From the NCBI GenBank assembly GCA_963666425.2, contig OY762825.2, positions 2,048,001-2,112,000 on the forward strand: a stretch of 64,000 nt of DNA, written 5' to 3'. This stretch comes from Bacillota bacterium (GTDB lineage: Bacteria; Bacillota; JAAYKD01). The notes beneath the pieces are model-generated. The model saw only the letters and a list, made by a program, of their open reading frames with translations. It searched no databases and was not told where the DNA came from. The translations under genes were made by a program, and so were the position numbers. Below, piece by piece: positions 1-9,868 of this stretch. The stretch's first letter is position 1, and each line of letters starts with the position of its first letter.

Positions 1-24
1 ACCAAAACGGCTAACCGTACCGTC

Positions 25-816
25 GTGGCACGGCTGAACAAGCTGTGTGAAAGAGCAGCATGGTATACGGAGGGATTGACAACAGACAAGCTGCTGCAGC
101 CTCAAATTCAACTCTCGCTTAATTACGATTTTATTACCGATAAAAGCGACCCTGCTGGGCATCACATGATCCCTTATGAAAAGTTAGCCAAAGATCTTGC
201 TGACCGTTACAGCGCTCCACCTTATCGCTGCCGCGCCGCCGAGTTGGAAGTGGAACTGGAGTTGGAGCCGGAGAGCGTTTGCCGCCGTCGCATTGTTGTG
301 CCCCTGAGCTATAACTTCCAGCAGCTGCATCTGGGTCTTCAGACGCTTTTTTGCTGGCAGGATTACCATTTGCATGATTTCTGGATTGAGCGTTATCCTA
401 ACGGCAGATTGAAATATACGCTGGTCGGTTTTCCGCGTGAGGATGAATATGAAGGTGAGACCACGCGGATGGATCGAGACGTTTGCCTGTCCGAGATCTT
501 CCCGGCCTACGAGCATATTATCTACAATTACGATTTTGGCGACGACTGGATCCATCACATTCGGCTCGTCCGTATCGTGGAAGATTACGATAAAAACGTG
601 CCTGTCTGCTTGGTCGGCGAGGGTGACGCACCACCGGAGGATGTCGGCGGGCCAGACGGTTATGCCCGGATGCTGCTTATTTTGGCTAACCCGCAGGATG
701 TGGAATACGAGGATATCAAAAGTTGGTTTGAGGGTATGCGCTGCGAGCCTTTCAATCTTAAGCATGTGAACTATGACCTAAGCAAAAGTGCAAGGTTAAG
801 CTATCTTCTGCATTGA
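25..816 (+). CDS. pRiA4b ORF-3 family protein, probably 5'-truncated by the window edge
   Basis: Motifs RRIVVP..F.QLH..LQ.LF.W.DYHLH.F, YNYDFGDDW.H and C..GEG.APPEDVGG..GY are typical of pRiA4b ORF-3; the frame is open back to base 1. Confidence 0.85.
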   Translation: MARLNKLCERAAWYTEGLTTDKLLQPQIQLSLNYDFITDKSDPAGHHMIPYEKLAKDLADRYSAPPYRCRAAELEVELELEPESVCRRRIVVPLSYNFQQLHLGLQTLFCWQDYHLHDFWIERYPNGRLKYTLVGFPREDEYEGETTRMDRDVCLSEIFPAYEHIIYNYDFGDDWIHHIRLVRIVEDYDKNVPVCLVGEGDAPPEDVGGPDGYARMLLILANPQDVEYEDIKSWFEGMRCEPFNLKHVNYDLSKSARLSYLLH

Positions 817-904
817 TCTTGATGGTGCTTATGCAGTCATGAAGGGAGCAAAATAGTCACCCCGAGTATTACTCTTTGTAATATCCGGAGTGACTTTTTT
901 TTGC

Positions 905-2095
905 TTATTTTTGATTTTGCTTGAGCCAATGAAAAGCGCAGTTGGCATAAACTGCCGCGCCGTAGGATAACGCTGTTTCATCAAATACGGCACTTGGATG
1001 ATGAATTGGATGAATATAACCTTCCTTTGGCGAGCCAACGCCAAGTTTCAAGACGAGTGCCGGTATTCTTTGGGTTATTTCCGAGAAATCTTCACCGCCA
1101 TAAGAGGTAGGCCGATCAACCAGTAAAACTTTGTCGTTGCCACAGATTTCTTGGATAAACGGATAAAGTTCATCGCACAAAGCAGGATCGTTATAGACCG
1201 CTTTGCCGCCCTGCTTGTAATCAATCTCCACATCCACGCGCATTGCTTTGGCAACATTTTCCGTGACTTCAACAACCCTTTTATGCATGAACTCTGCCAT
1301 TTGTTCGGTATAGGTTCTGCAAGTTCCGGCAAATTCAACAAAATCCGTAATCACATTGGCAGCGGAACCACCTTGAATTTTGCCAAAGGTTAAAACGGCT
1401 CTTTCGTCGGAGGCTACTTCCATAGAAATGATATGCTGTAAAGCTGTGATGATGAGAGCTGATGCTGTGATGGGATCAATTGCGGTATGCGGCTGTGCGC
1501 CATGCCCGCCTTTGCCAATGACTTTAATCTTCACACTTGCGCCTGATGCAAAGGCCGGGCCGCGGCTATAGTGCACCGTGCAGGTGTCTGTGAGCTCGTT
1601 TGCAACCGCAACATGAATTGCCATGCCGGCATCCACCTTGGGATTCTCTAAGACGCCTGCTTTCACCATTGTACTGCAGCCGCCGGCACCTTCTTCCGCC
1701 GGTTGGAACATCACTTTTACCGTGCCCTGCAAATTCGGCTCATTTTCTTTCAGCATTTTAGCAGCGTATAAGAGCATAGAAGAATGAAAATCATGGCCGC
1801 AGGAGTGACTGCTGCCATTGCTGGCGGCAAAGGCTAAGCCGCTCTTCTCCACAATCGGCAGTGCATCAAAATCGCCTCTCATGAGGAATACAGGAGTTCC
1901 TTTGCCGATGGTTGCCACAATTCCACACTTGCAGATTTCTTGATAGTCGATCTTCCATTCCGCTAACTTCTCTTTGATGAAGCCGGCGCTGTCTTCCAGA
2001 TCAAATCCGATTCCGCCAAATTGATGAATGATTCTTCTTGCTTTTACAATTTCGGGTTGCAATTCTTTGGCTCGTTCAAGAAAAATTGTATTCAT
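905..2095 (-). CDS. M20D family amidohydrolase
   Basis: RGDFDALP, HSCGHD, FQPAEE, GKGGHG, GGEDF and IHHP motifs; AAGGAG RBS. Confidence 0.92.
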   Translation of the reverse strand: MNTIFLERAKELQPEIVKARRIIHQFGGIGFDLEDSAGFIKEKLAEWKIDYQEICKCGIVATIGKGTPVFLMRGDFDALPIVEKSGLAFAASNGSSHSCGHDFHSSMLLYAAKMLKENEPNLQGTVKVMFQPAEEGAGGCSTMVKAGVLENPKVDAGMAIHVAVANELTDTCTVHYSRGPAFASGASVKIKVIGKGGHGAQPHTAIDPITASALIITALQHIISMEVASDERAVLTFGKIQGGSAANVITDFVEFAGTCRTYTEQMAEFMHKRVVEVTENVAKAMRVDVEIDYKQGGKAVYNDPALCDELYPFIQEICGNDKVLLVDRPTSYGGEDFSEITQRIPALVLKLGVGSPKEGYIHPIHHPSAVFDETALSYGAAVYANCAFHWLKQNQK

Positions 2096-2552
2096 GGCAT
2101 CTCCTTTTCGTTTTTGGAAGCTTTTGCTCGTGCGTGGCTTCCGTTTCTTGTTGTTCGTTCACATTATCCGCGTAATTAGGGTGTAAAAGGGCGCAAATAA
2201 CCATTGGCACCTGTGTTACCATTACCAGGTTCTTTGATGATGACAATCGTAAGACCTTTAGCGGTGCCAAAAGCGGCAGCAATTGATATTTGCAGTTCCT
2301 CCTTCAGAAATATAGATTCTATATTCTATTTTAACAGCTTATTTAGAAATGTATAATGTATAAAAGGAGTATCTTAATGACTGAGTTTCATATAATGTCT
2401 TTCTATTTGGCTTTAGTGGGAGAAATGCTTCAGTGCCACAACCGAAATCTGAAATAGAAAAGAGATTCTTCGTCTCATATTTCAAAAAACATTAAAATTT
2501 TGAAATATGCAAATTCTTCGCAAAGGTACCGAATAAAAGAATTGCGCATATT

Positions 2553-2620
2553 AAGGGGTTGTAGCAAAACAACAAAAAAAGCGGAGCCGAGTGACTGCAG
2601 AGCAGACATAAGGCTTTGCT
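2553..2620 (+). repeat. ~70-bp imperfect direct repeat, copy 1 (hairpin-containing)
   Basis: AAGGGGTTGTAGCAAAAC...GCAGACATAAGGCTTTGCT aligns along its length with 3432-3501. Confidence 0.8.
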
Positions 2621-2736
2621 TTTTTTAAAATTGTCGCAGATTCAGTATATTAAAAACACAATTTCGCCATAGCATTTCGGTATGATCCGATTGTGGTCAA
2701 GAAAACGAACCATAAAATAGAAGGAGGTCATTTCAA

Positions 2737-3399
2737 ATGACAAATCTTAAAAAAATCTTCGCACTCACCGCTATGGTATTCACTATCAGCGCAGGATCGC
2801 TCAATGTTTACGCTGCTTCCAACTACACTACCCCCGCTGAAGCCTTATCCGGCTTGACCGGCAAGTCTTACGAAAGCATTACCGCTGAGAGATCAAACTC
2901 CGGCACAACCTACGGCGGAATTGCCTCTGCAGCAGGAGTCTTAACAGAGTTCAAAACCGAATTGCTTCAAATTAGAAAGGATCAGTTGACAGCAAAAGTT
3001 GCCGATGGCAGTCTGACTCAGAGTGAAGCGGATGCTTTGCTAGCTACGATGCAGGAACAGCAGATAAGCTGCACCGGTGAAGGCAGTGGAGCGCAAGCTG
3101 GTTTGGGAATGGGCAGCATGTCCGGCAATCATCAGCAAAACGGCTCCGTCAGCGGACAGATGAATGGTACTCGTTTACAGGATGGCACCGGAGCAGGTAA
3201 CAAAAACGGTTCAGCTCAAGCAGGCAGTGGAATGCAAGCTGGTTTGGGAACGGGCACTATGTCCGGCAATCATCAGCAAAACGGCGCTGTTAGTGGACAG
3301 ATGAATGGTACTCGTTTACAGGATGGCACCGGTACCGGCAGCAGAAACAATTCGGCTCAAAACGGATTGCGCAATCAAACCTGTCTGGTTACCGAATAA
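2737..3399 (+). CDS. Secreted/surface protein (DUF2680-like) with a Gly/Asn/Gln-rich repeated tail
   Basis: AAGGAGG RBS; signal peptide ending VYA-A; helical segment with V.DG.LTQ.EAD; two 47-aa-period repeats. Confidence 0.75.
   Translation: MTNLKKIFALTAMVFTISAGSLNVYAASNYTTPAEALSGLTGKSYESITAERSNSGTTYGGIASAAGVLTEFKTELLQIRKDQLTAKVADGSLTQSEADALLATMQEQQISCTGEGSGAQAGLGMGSMSGNHQQNGSVSGQMNGTRLQDGTGAGNKNGSAQAGSGMQAGLGTGTMSGNHQQNGAVSGQMNGTRLQDGTGTGSRNNSAQNGLRNQTCLVTE
3082..3332 (+). repeat. Intragenic duplication with a 141-nt period
   Basis: 3082-3191 and 3223-3332 are near-identical (GSG.QAGLG.G.MSGNHQQNG.VSGQMNGTRLQDGTG twice). Confidence 0.9.
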
Positions 3400-3431
3400 C
3401 AACTCTCAATTTGATCCTATATCCTAAAAAC

Positions 3432-3501
3432 AAGGGGCTGTAACAAAACAGCAATAAAAAGCAAAGCCGCATGACTGTCAAAGCAGACATAAGGCTTTGC
3501 T
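3432..3501 (+). repeat. ~70-bp imperfect direct repeat, copy 2 (terminator-like hairpin)
   Basis: AGCAAAGCC...GGCTTTGCT stem; matches 2553-2620. Confidence 0.8.
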
Positions 3502-3671
3502 CTTTTATATCATAATAGCACGAAAGGAAATATATCGTTGCGGATTTATAATATATTCTAAAAATGGGTTGGTATCTATTTCTTGAAAATAAACCAGCCA
3601 AGGTGTATAATGAATTAGGGATAATTTTGAGTATGGATGGGACGATAGAGGAGAATAAGGAGGGATTTGAA

Positions 3672-4139
3672 ATGAAGCTGAAAACTTGGCAAAGGAATGT
3701 CCTCTTAGGAGCAGTCATTGCTGCCGGTGGATTTCTTCTCTTCAATCTGGCTTTCCTCTTCGCTGCGCTGACCATGCAGGTCTGCCGCAGGATCATTTTG
3801 CTTTTCAGCGGATCCGCTGAGCCCGAATTCAATCCGATGCTTTGGCGATACGTTTTCGCCATCCTGATCTTGCTGATTTCCTGGTTTGTGCTTCGCTCAA
3901 AATTGCCAATCTTAGTGAAAGCAACTTATCTGACAATGCCGCTGATGGTGCTGCTGGTTATGGTAGGCATTCAATTCTACGCTCAGCCGCAGTGGGTTCC
4001 CATTGCCTTGGGAGGCATCATCGTGGCAGCGGTGCTCGCTTATCTCTACCAAAAGAAACTGGCCTGGCAGTATTATTTTGCCGCGCTCTATACGGCAGCC
4101 CTGGCGCTTTATATCGTTCTAGCCGGTATTGATATTTAA
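3672..4139 (+). CDS. Hypothetical integral membrane protein (about 5 TM segments)
   Basis: Hydrophobic ORF; AAGGAGG RBS upstream of ATG 3672. Confidence 0.8.
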   Translation: MKLKTWQRNVLLGAVIAAGGFLLFNLAFLFAALTMQVCRRIILLFSGSAEPEFNPMLWRYVFAILILLISWFVLRSKLPILVKATYLTMPLMVLLVMVGIQFYAQPQWVPIALGGIIVAAVLAYLYQKKLAWQYYFAALYTAALALYIVLAGIDI

Positions 4140-4146
4140 AAATAGA

Positions 4147-4190
4147 AAACCCGTCCAAACTAAAATCGCATTTTAGTTTGGACGGGTTTT
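4147..4190. terminator. Bidirectional intrinsic terminator
   Basis: Perfect inverted repeat AAAACCCGTCCAAACTAAAA/TTTTAGTTTGGACGGGTTTT between convergent genes. Confidence 0.9.
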
Positions 4191-4225
4191 TGCCTTTCGT
4201 CAAGTAAAAACAGGTTCGCTGCTGC

Positions 4226-6337
4226 CTAGCGGATATCCGCCTGGAAGCTACGCTGCAGCAGCAGCCGGCCGGCGCTGTCATAGGCGGACACCACAAACTC
4301 AACGTCCTGCATGCCTTGGTAAGCACTCAGGTCGCAGGAGATGGTAAAGGGCGATGCATAGGTCGTGCCAAGGTGGCTGCCGTTGATTTGATAACTTACG
4401 CTGGCGACTGCTGCGTTATCGATATAATTGACATAGCTGCACAGCTGCGTGGTAGCAGCCGGAATGGAGATGCCAAACAAAGGCACATAGTAGGTCGCCA
4501 ATTCTGCGCCGGCGGTGTAGTCAGATAAATAACTGGCAGACTGGATTACGCTGCTGTAGGTGCTGCGCAGGGTGGCATTCTGCGAGAGCATAAAGTTGCG
4601 AATGACGGCGCCCGTATCGGCAGAGTCAAAGTAAAACATGGCTTTGACATTGGGATAGACGATGGGCAGATAGGTATAAAAATCTTTCAATTGCCAATTG
4701 GCGAAGGCGGTGACATCGCTGCCTTCCTGCGAAACAAAGGTTGCGGCGCCTTCCGAGATGATGATCGGTTTTTTGCCGCCATAGAGCGTATAGAGCGCCG
4801 CCAGACTGTTGATCAAGCGCTGGCGCACTTGGCCTTCGCCCAGCGGATCGGTGGCGGCCAGTGCGGCACTGTTGTTTTGATAAGCCGAAACGCCAACATA
4901 ATCGCAGTATTCATCACCGGGATAGAAGGTTTGGTAATTGGTGGTGGGATAAAAATTCGGCGACCAGACAACCGCCGCATTGTCGGCGTATTGGTGCATG
5001 ATGGTATAAACGCGGCGGAAGGCTTCAATATAACGAGCGCCGCTGGTGGACCAGGGCGTGCTCTCGAGATTCATTTCGGCGGCAAAGCGAACATAAACAG
5101 GCACGCCGGTGGTGGCCAGGTATTTGGCGAAGTTCTCCAGCCAGGTCTTGCCTTGGCTGGACAATACATAATCGAGGCCGCTCAGCGGCTGCAGCGCAAT
5201 TTGCAGGACGGTGTTGCTTTCCTGCGCCATATGGATGTACTGTTTGAGGCCATAGGTCGCCTCCAGATTGGCGCCAACGGAGTAATAAATCAGATAAGCC
5301 CCGTGTGTTTTGCCAACATAATTGGAGAAGGTGGTATAGTTGCCGCTCAGCGCTTTTTCCGCTTCGGCATAGGCGCCCAACAGAATGCCGTTTTTGCTTT
5401 CACCGGCTTCGCCGTAATTGTTGACCAGCGATAAACTCGCGTCGTTGGTGACGGCAAAAAGACTGATCCCTGCTGTGCAGTACTCCGCCCGGCGGCGGGC
5501 GTCGATGATCATCTGTTCGGCCTGATTGGCGTTGTAACTGTCGGCGGCAGCGCTGTATTCGGCGTAGAGCTGCTGCCAGTAATCGGCTTCCCGCAGATAG
5601 CTGGCCGCGGCCCGATCGTAGTTGCCAATTTTAGCCTGGCAGCTGCCGAGATCGAAAAAAGCCAGCGCGAGATTGGTATACATGCCATTCAATCCGTCTT
5701 CGCTACCGTAGACGCTGAGATCACAAACCGCCTGTTCCAATTGGGGAATCGCAGACGAATAGGCTCCGCTCTGATAAGCGGCGAGGCCGGCGTTAAAATT
5801 CGGCCAGTAGTTGGCCTGGGCGACCGCGCCGGTTTCCAATGCCGTTGTGTAAGCGGCGCTGCATTGGCTGTCGACCAGGACGGTCCGGTTTGCCTGATCC
5901 CAACCTACCAGGCAGCCAAAGGCTTCCAGAACAACGCGGATGGGCAGATAGGTGCGGCCATCGTTCGGGTTGATCACGGCGGACGTATCATTGGCGATCG
6001 CCTGATTGTTGCGGTAGATTGTACTGGAACCAATGGCAACCAGCACGCTGACCGCACCTTTGCTGATGGTGGCTTCTTTGCGGCTTGCATCCCAGGTGAC
6101 CTGGCAGCCAAGGGCTTCGCAGGTCAGACGCAGCGGCACTTGCGTGCGGTTGTTGGCATCAATATAAGGATAACCGGAGTCCGCCGTGTAGGGCAGCCAA
6201 AAGTTGTCGATGATGGCATTGGCCCGGTTTCCGTCCGCGGCCTGTACATTGGTCAGCGGTAAACCTGCTTTGACCAGTACGAGCAGCAGAAGCAGGGAAA
6301 GCAGCAGGGTACGTTTCACTTGATAGGATTTTGGCAT
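4226..6337 (-). CDS. Secreted protein: copper amine oxidase N-terminal (stalk) domain + TPR-like helices + GH26 glycoside hydrolase + C-terminal Ig-like domain
   Basis: Signal peptide; RT.VPLR..E.LG..V.WD twice; GH26 motifs VRFAAEMN, VWSPN, YPGDEYCDYVGVS and IIISEG; C-terminal GT...PF....D beta domain. Confidence 0.85.
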   Translation of the reverse strand: MPKSYQVKRTLLLSLLLLLVLVKAGLPLTNVQAADGNRANAIIDNFWLPYTADSGYPYIDANNRTQVPLRLTCEALGCQVTWDASRKEATISKGAVSVLVAIGSSTIYRNNQAIANDTSAVINPNDGRTYLPIRVVLEAFGCLVGWDQANRTVLVDSQCSAAYTTALETGAVAQANYWPNFNAGLAAYQSGAYSSAIPQLEQAVCDLSVYGSEDGLNGMYTNLALAFFDLGSCQAKIGNYDRAAASYLREADYWQQLYAEYSAAADSYNANQAEQMIIDARRRAEYCTAGISLFAVTNDASLSLVNNYGEAGESKNGILLGAYAEAEKALSGNYTTFSNYVGKTHGAYLIYYSVGANLEATYGLKQYIHMAQESNTVLQIALQPLSGLDYVLSSQGKTWLENFAKYLATTGVPVYVRFAAEMNLESTPWSTSGARYIEAFRRVYTIMHQYADNAAVVWSPNFYPTTNYQTFYPGDEYCDYVGVSAYQNNSAALAATDPLGEGQVRQRLINSLAALYTLYGGKKPIIISEGAATFVSQEGSDVTAFANWQLKDFYTYLPIVYPNVKAMFYFDSADTGAVIRNFMLSQNATLRSTYSSVIQSASYLSDYTAGAELATYYVPLFGISIPAATTQLCSYVNYIDNAAVASVSYQINGSHLGTTYASPFTISCDLSAYQGMQDVEFVVSAYDSAGRLLLQRSFQADIR

Positions 6338-6490
6338 GAAGAACCTCCTTTTGCTGAATCGCCAGAGTGACGTTGCTGATGATATCGTAACATATCAGGG
6401 ACGGTTAATGCAAGTGATCTTTGAGGTGAGATCTTTTTACCTCAATTAAAGAAGAGCAATACTAAGCAAGGGAGTTTCACTCGTAGCTAA

Positions 6491-6563
6491 TTAACCCATA
6501 AGGTATATTTTCTATTGACAGTTGCCATGAATTATGTTATCATAAATTAACCTTACAGGTAAA
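6491..6563 (+). promoter_or_regulatory. Sigma-A promoter of higBA flanked by two candidate operator palindromes
   Basis: TTGACA 6515-6520, 17-bp spacer, TG-n-TATCAT 6538-6543; TTAACC-N5-GGTA(T/A)A at 6491-6507 and 6547-6563. Confidence 0.75.
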
Positions 6564-6574
6564 GAGGTGGTGAG

Positions 6575-6874
6575 TTGCTTCGGATAACTTACAAAACTCG
6601 AAAGTTGAAAGAGGAATGCACAAACTTTTCAACAGCTAAAAAAAATCATGGTGATAGCATGGCGGTGCTCATCCATCAACGGATTGCAGAGCTTAATGCG
6701 GCTGATTCGGTTCAGATGCTTGTTAAATTTCGTATTGGCAAATGTCACCCGCTTGTGGGGGATCGAAAAGGTCAGTATGCTATGGATTTAGTGCAACCTT
6801 ATCGCTTAGTATTCAAACTAAGTGAAGAGGAGAGCCAGGTAGTGCAGGTGATCAAGATCGAGGACTATCATTGA
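6575..6874 (+). CDS. higB: HigB-like RelE-superfamily toxin (plasmid maintenance killer type)
   Basis: 99 aa; HPL.GDRKGQYA.DL.QPYRL.F and terminal IEDYH; located upstream of the antitoxin. Confidence 0.9.
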   Translation: MLRITYKTRKLKEECTNFSTAKKNHGDSMAVLIHQRIAELNAADSVQMLVKFRIGKCHPLVGDRKGQYAMDLVQPYRLVFKLSEEESQVVQVIKIEDYH

Positions 6875-6927
6875 TTTGATATCGTCTTGTGATTTTGATG
6901 TAGTCATGTGATAAGGAGAGATTAATT

Positions 6928-7977
6928 ATGATGTACAGCAATAATACAATTGCTGTTCCACCGGGGGCTACAATCCGGGAACAACTCGAAAATCGAGGTA
7001 TGAAGCAGAAAGAATTTGCTTCTCGCATGGGATTATCCGAGAAGCACATTAGCCGCTTGATCAATGGTCAGGTTGAATTGACTCAGGAAGTCGCGTTAAG
7101 GCTTGAGTCTGTTTTGGGTGTACCGGCGGGCTTTTGGAACAATCTCGAAGCCATCTACAGAGAAAAACTGGCTCGCGTTATTGCGGAAAATGAATTGGCT
7201 CAAGATGTGGAACTTGCGGAAAAATTCCCCTATGCAAAAATTGCAGCTTTAGGATGGGTTGCAGCAACAAGAAAGGCAGAAGAAAAAGCGATACATTTAA
7301 GAGCCTTCTTTGAAGTGGCAAAACTGGAATTGTTGGAAAATTTAAGAATACCGGGCATTGTTTACCGAAAAGCAGGTGCGAATGAAGCATCTGACTATAG
7401 CCTTGCAATATGGGCACAGAAAGCAAGAATTGAAGCAAGGCAATATGAAACGGCAGCAATCAATATCAGCAAGTTGGAATTGGAATTGCCTCGCATCCGC
7501 GAGATGACACGAACTACTCCTGATGTATTTTGCAGCGAACTCATCAATTTATTTACGCAATGTGGGGTTGCTTTGGTGCTTTTGCCGCATATTGGAGGTT
7601 CTTTTCTAGATGGAGCCACCTTTTATGATGGCAACCGCATCGTTATGGGATTAACAGTTCGTGGTAAAGATGCAGATAAGTTTTGGTTTAGCCTTTTTCA
7701 TGAAGTGGGTCACATTGTTTTAGGGCATATAGGTGCGTTAGAGGAAGATAAGCAGCAGCAGGAAATTGCAGCGAATGTTTTTGCAGCAAATATGCTCATA
7801 CCGCCAGAGCTCTATCAAGAATTTACAGATTCGCATGAATTTACAGAGGATTCTATTCTTGCGTTTGCACAAAAGATTGAAATCGCACCCGGAGTTGTTT
7901 TAGGACGACTTCAAAAAGAAGGCTATGTTCCATACAATAAAATGAATACCTTGAAAGCGAAATATGAAATAGTGTAA
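6928..7977 (+). CDS. higA: HigA-like XRE antitoxin fused to an ImmA/IrrE-type (M78) zinc peptidase domain
   Basis: PPG.TI.E.LE.RGM.Q.E.A.R.G HTH; FWFSLFHEVGH (HExxH) and E..AN.FA motifs. Confidence 0.88.
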   Translation: MMYSNNTIAVPPGATIREQLENRGMKQKEFASRMGLSEKHISRLINGQVELTQEVALRLESVLGVPAGFWNNLEAIYREKLARVIAENELAQDVELAEKFPYAKIAALGWVAATRKAEEKAIHLRAFFEVAKLELLENLRIPGIVYRKAGANEASDYSLAIWAQKARIEARQYETAAINISKLELELPRIREMTRTTPDVFCSELINLFTQCGVALVLLPHIGGSFLDGATFYDGNRIVMGLTVRGKDADKFWFSLFHEVGHIVLGHIGALEEDKQQQEIAANVFAANMLIPPELYQEFTDSHEFTEDSILAFAQKIEIAPGVVLGRLQKEGYVPYNKMNTLKAKYEIV

Positions 7978-8042
7978 TACTGTGTTTTTTCTAGACAAAG
8001 CCGCAGTCTGCGCTTGGTTTTTTTTGAAAGAGGTGACTGACC

Positions 8043-9866
8043 ATGCCCGATAATTTAGTCTTAAAATCCATCAACCGGCTGCTGGGAGAGGATTTCTTTA
8101 TTCCTGCTTATCAACGCGGTTACCGCTGGACCGAACAGCAGGTGCTGGATCTCCTGGATGATATCTGGGCCTTCCGCTGTAAAAGCCGCAGCACAACCGA
8201 GGCGGAATTTTATTGTCTGCAGCCCATTGTTGTAAAAAAGAAAAGCTGGCAGGAAAGCGGCAAGCGGCTGCAGGGCTGGGAAGTCATCGACGGCCAACAG
8301 CGGCTGACCACGCTTTATATCATTCTGTATTACATCAGCAAGGAATATCTGCATACCGACAGCCTGCAGGCGCACTACGGCAGGAACAGTTTTACGCTGC
8401 GCTATGAAACCAGAAAGCAAAGCGAGCAATTTTTGCGGGAGATCCACGACGATACCTCCAATATCGATTTTTATTACATGTCCAAAGCCTATCGGGTGAT
8501 CAAGGATTGGTTCAGCAATGCTCAAAACATGAAAGACCGCAGCGACCGCGAGAATTTTCTCAGTACCATTCTGGGCAAAGAAGAAGACCGCTTCTCGGTG
8601 CAGATTATCTGGTATGAGGCGGAACCGCAGGCGGATGGCAAGGAACTCTTCACGCGGCTGAATATGGGTAAGATTCCGCTGACCAATTCGGAGCTGATCA
8701 AGGCCTTATTTTTATCTTCTTCCGGTTTCGATGACGAAGCCTTTGACGAAGCGGAAAAACAGAAATTAAAGAATGAAATCGCGCTGCTCTGGGACGAAAT
8801 GGAACTGCGCCTGGCCGATCCGGACTTTTGGGCTTTCATCAGCAATGAGCCGCAGTCGAATTATGCCAATAAGATCGAGCTGCTCTTTGACATGATGGCC
8901 AAGAAAAAGAAGCGGGAATTCGATCCGCTCTTTACTTTTATCCATTTATACCAGCGCGTCAAAGCAAAGGATCAATCGTTAAGGAAATTGTGGTTTTCCA
9001 TTGAACAATACGACCAGACCTTGTGCGAATGGTATAAAAATAAAAATCTTTATCATAAAGTCGGCTATCTGATCCATGTCGGTGAAAATTTGGACGATTT
9101 GATCGCCGCCTCGCTGCAAACCAGAAAAGATAAGTTTGAAAGCAAGTTGGACGCCATGATCCGCGAGAAAGTCAATTTTCAGCTGGCCGATTTAAGCTAC
9201 GAAGAAAACGCCGATTATGAGAAGATTACGCGCGTGCTGCTGCTGTTCAATGTGGAGTCTATTCGCAGCAACGCCAGTATTGCGGAAAAATATCCCTTCC
9301 GTTTTCATAAATCTACCCGCTGGAGTCTCGAGCATATCCATGCGCAGAATTCCGAGGGGCTCGATCGCAATAAGAAAGAACAATGGCAGACCTGGCTGAA
9401 TTATCATCTTACCCTGATGGAAGAAATCAAAAAAAGCCAGAGCAAAGAACGCCGCCAAAAGTTGGAAGAGCTGATCACAGAAGCCAAAGCCCTGGATCGC
9501 AGCCGCTTAACCTGGGAAAAATTCAGCGCCGTCTCGGAGCGGATCATCGAACTCTTCTCCAAAACCAGCGGCGAAGCGAGCGATGACATGCACAGTATTG
9601 CGAACTTAGCGCTGCTCAGCCAGCCGGACAACAATGTGCTGAACAATTCTGTTTTTGAAGTCAAGCGCCGGGCAATCATCAAACTGGATAAAGAGGGGAA
9701 ATACATCCCCATCTGCACCCGAAGAGTCTTCCTCAAGTATTATAACCCCTTGTCTTTTGCAGAACAGTTCTATTTTTGGAGTCATGACGACCGGGTCAAT
9801 TATCTGCAGGAAATAAAAACAGTGCTGCAGGCTTATTTGCCGCAGCAAGAGCCGGCGGAGGAGTAG
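8043..9866 (+). CDS. GmrSD-like protein: DUF262 (ParB/Srx fold) + C-terminal DUF1524/HNH nuclease
   Basis: IPAYQRGYRW, VIDGQQRLTT, FTRLNMGK; HNH-type SLEHIHAQN...IANLALL....N..L.N. Confidence 0.88.
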   Translation: MPDNLVLKSINRLLGEDFFIPAYQRGYRWTEQQVLDLLDDIWAFRCKSRSTTEAEFYCLQPIVVKKKSWQESGKRLQGWEVIDGQQRLTTLYIILYYISKEYLHTDSLQAHYGRNSFTLRYETRKQSEQFLREIHDDTSNIDFYYMSKAYRVIKDWFSNAQNMKDRSDRENFLSTILGKEEDRFSVQIIWYEAEPQADGKELFTRLNMGKIPLTNSELIKALFLSSSGFDDEAFDEAEKQKLKNEIALLWDEMELRLADPDFWAFISNEPQSNYANKIELLFDMMAKKKKREFDPLFTFIHLYQRVKAKDQSLRKLWFSIEQYDQTLCEWYKNKNLYHKVGYLIHVGENLDDLIAASLQTRKDKFESKLDAMIREKVNFQLADLSYEENADYEKITRVLLLFNVESIRSNASIAEKYPFRFHKSTRWSLEHIHAQNSEGLDRNKKEQWQTWLNYHLTLMEEIKKSQSKERRQKLEELITEAKALDRSRLTWEKFSAVSERIIELFSKTSGEASDDMHSIANLALLSQPDNNVLNNSVFEVKRRAIIKLDKEGKYIPICTRRVFLKYYNPLSFAEQFYFWSHDDRVNYLQEIKTVLQAYLPQQEPAEE

Positions 9867-9868
9867 AG

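Noticed and set aside
2076-2305. Small ORF upstream of the amidohydrolase behind an AAGGAGG-like sequence
   Set aside because: No start codon at a suitable spacing and no recognisable motif; possibly a remnant.
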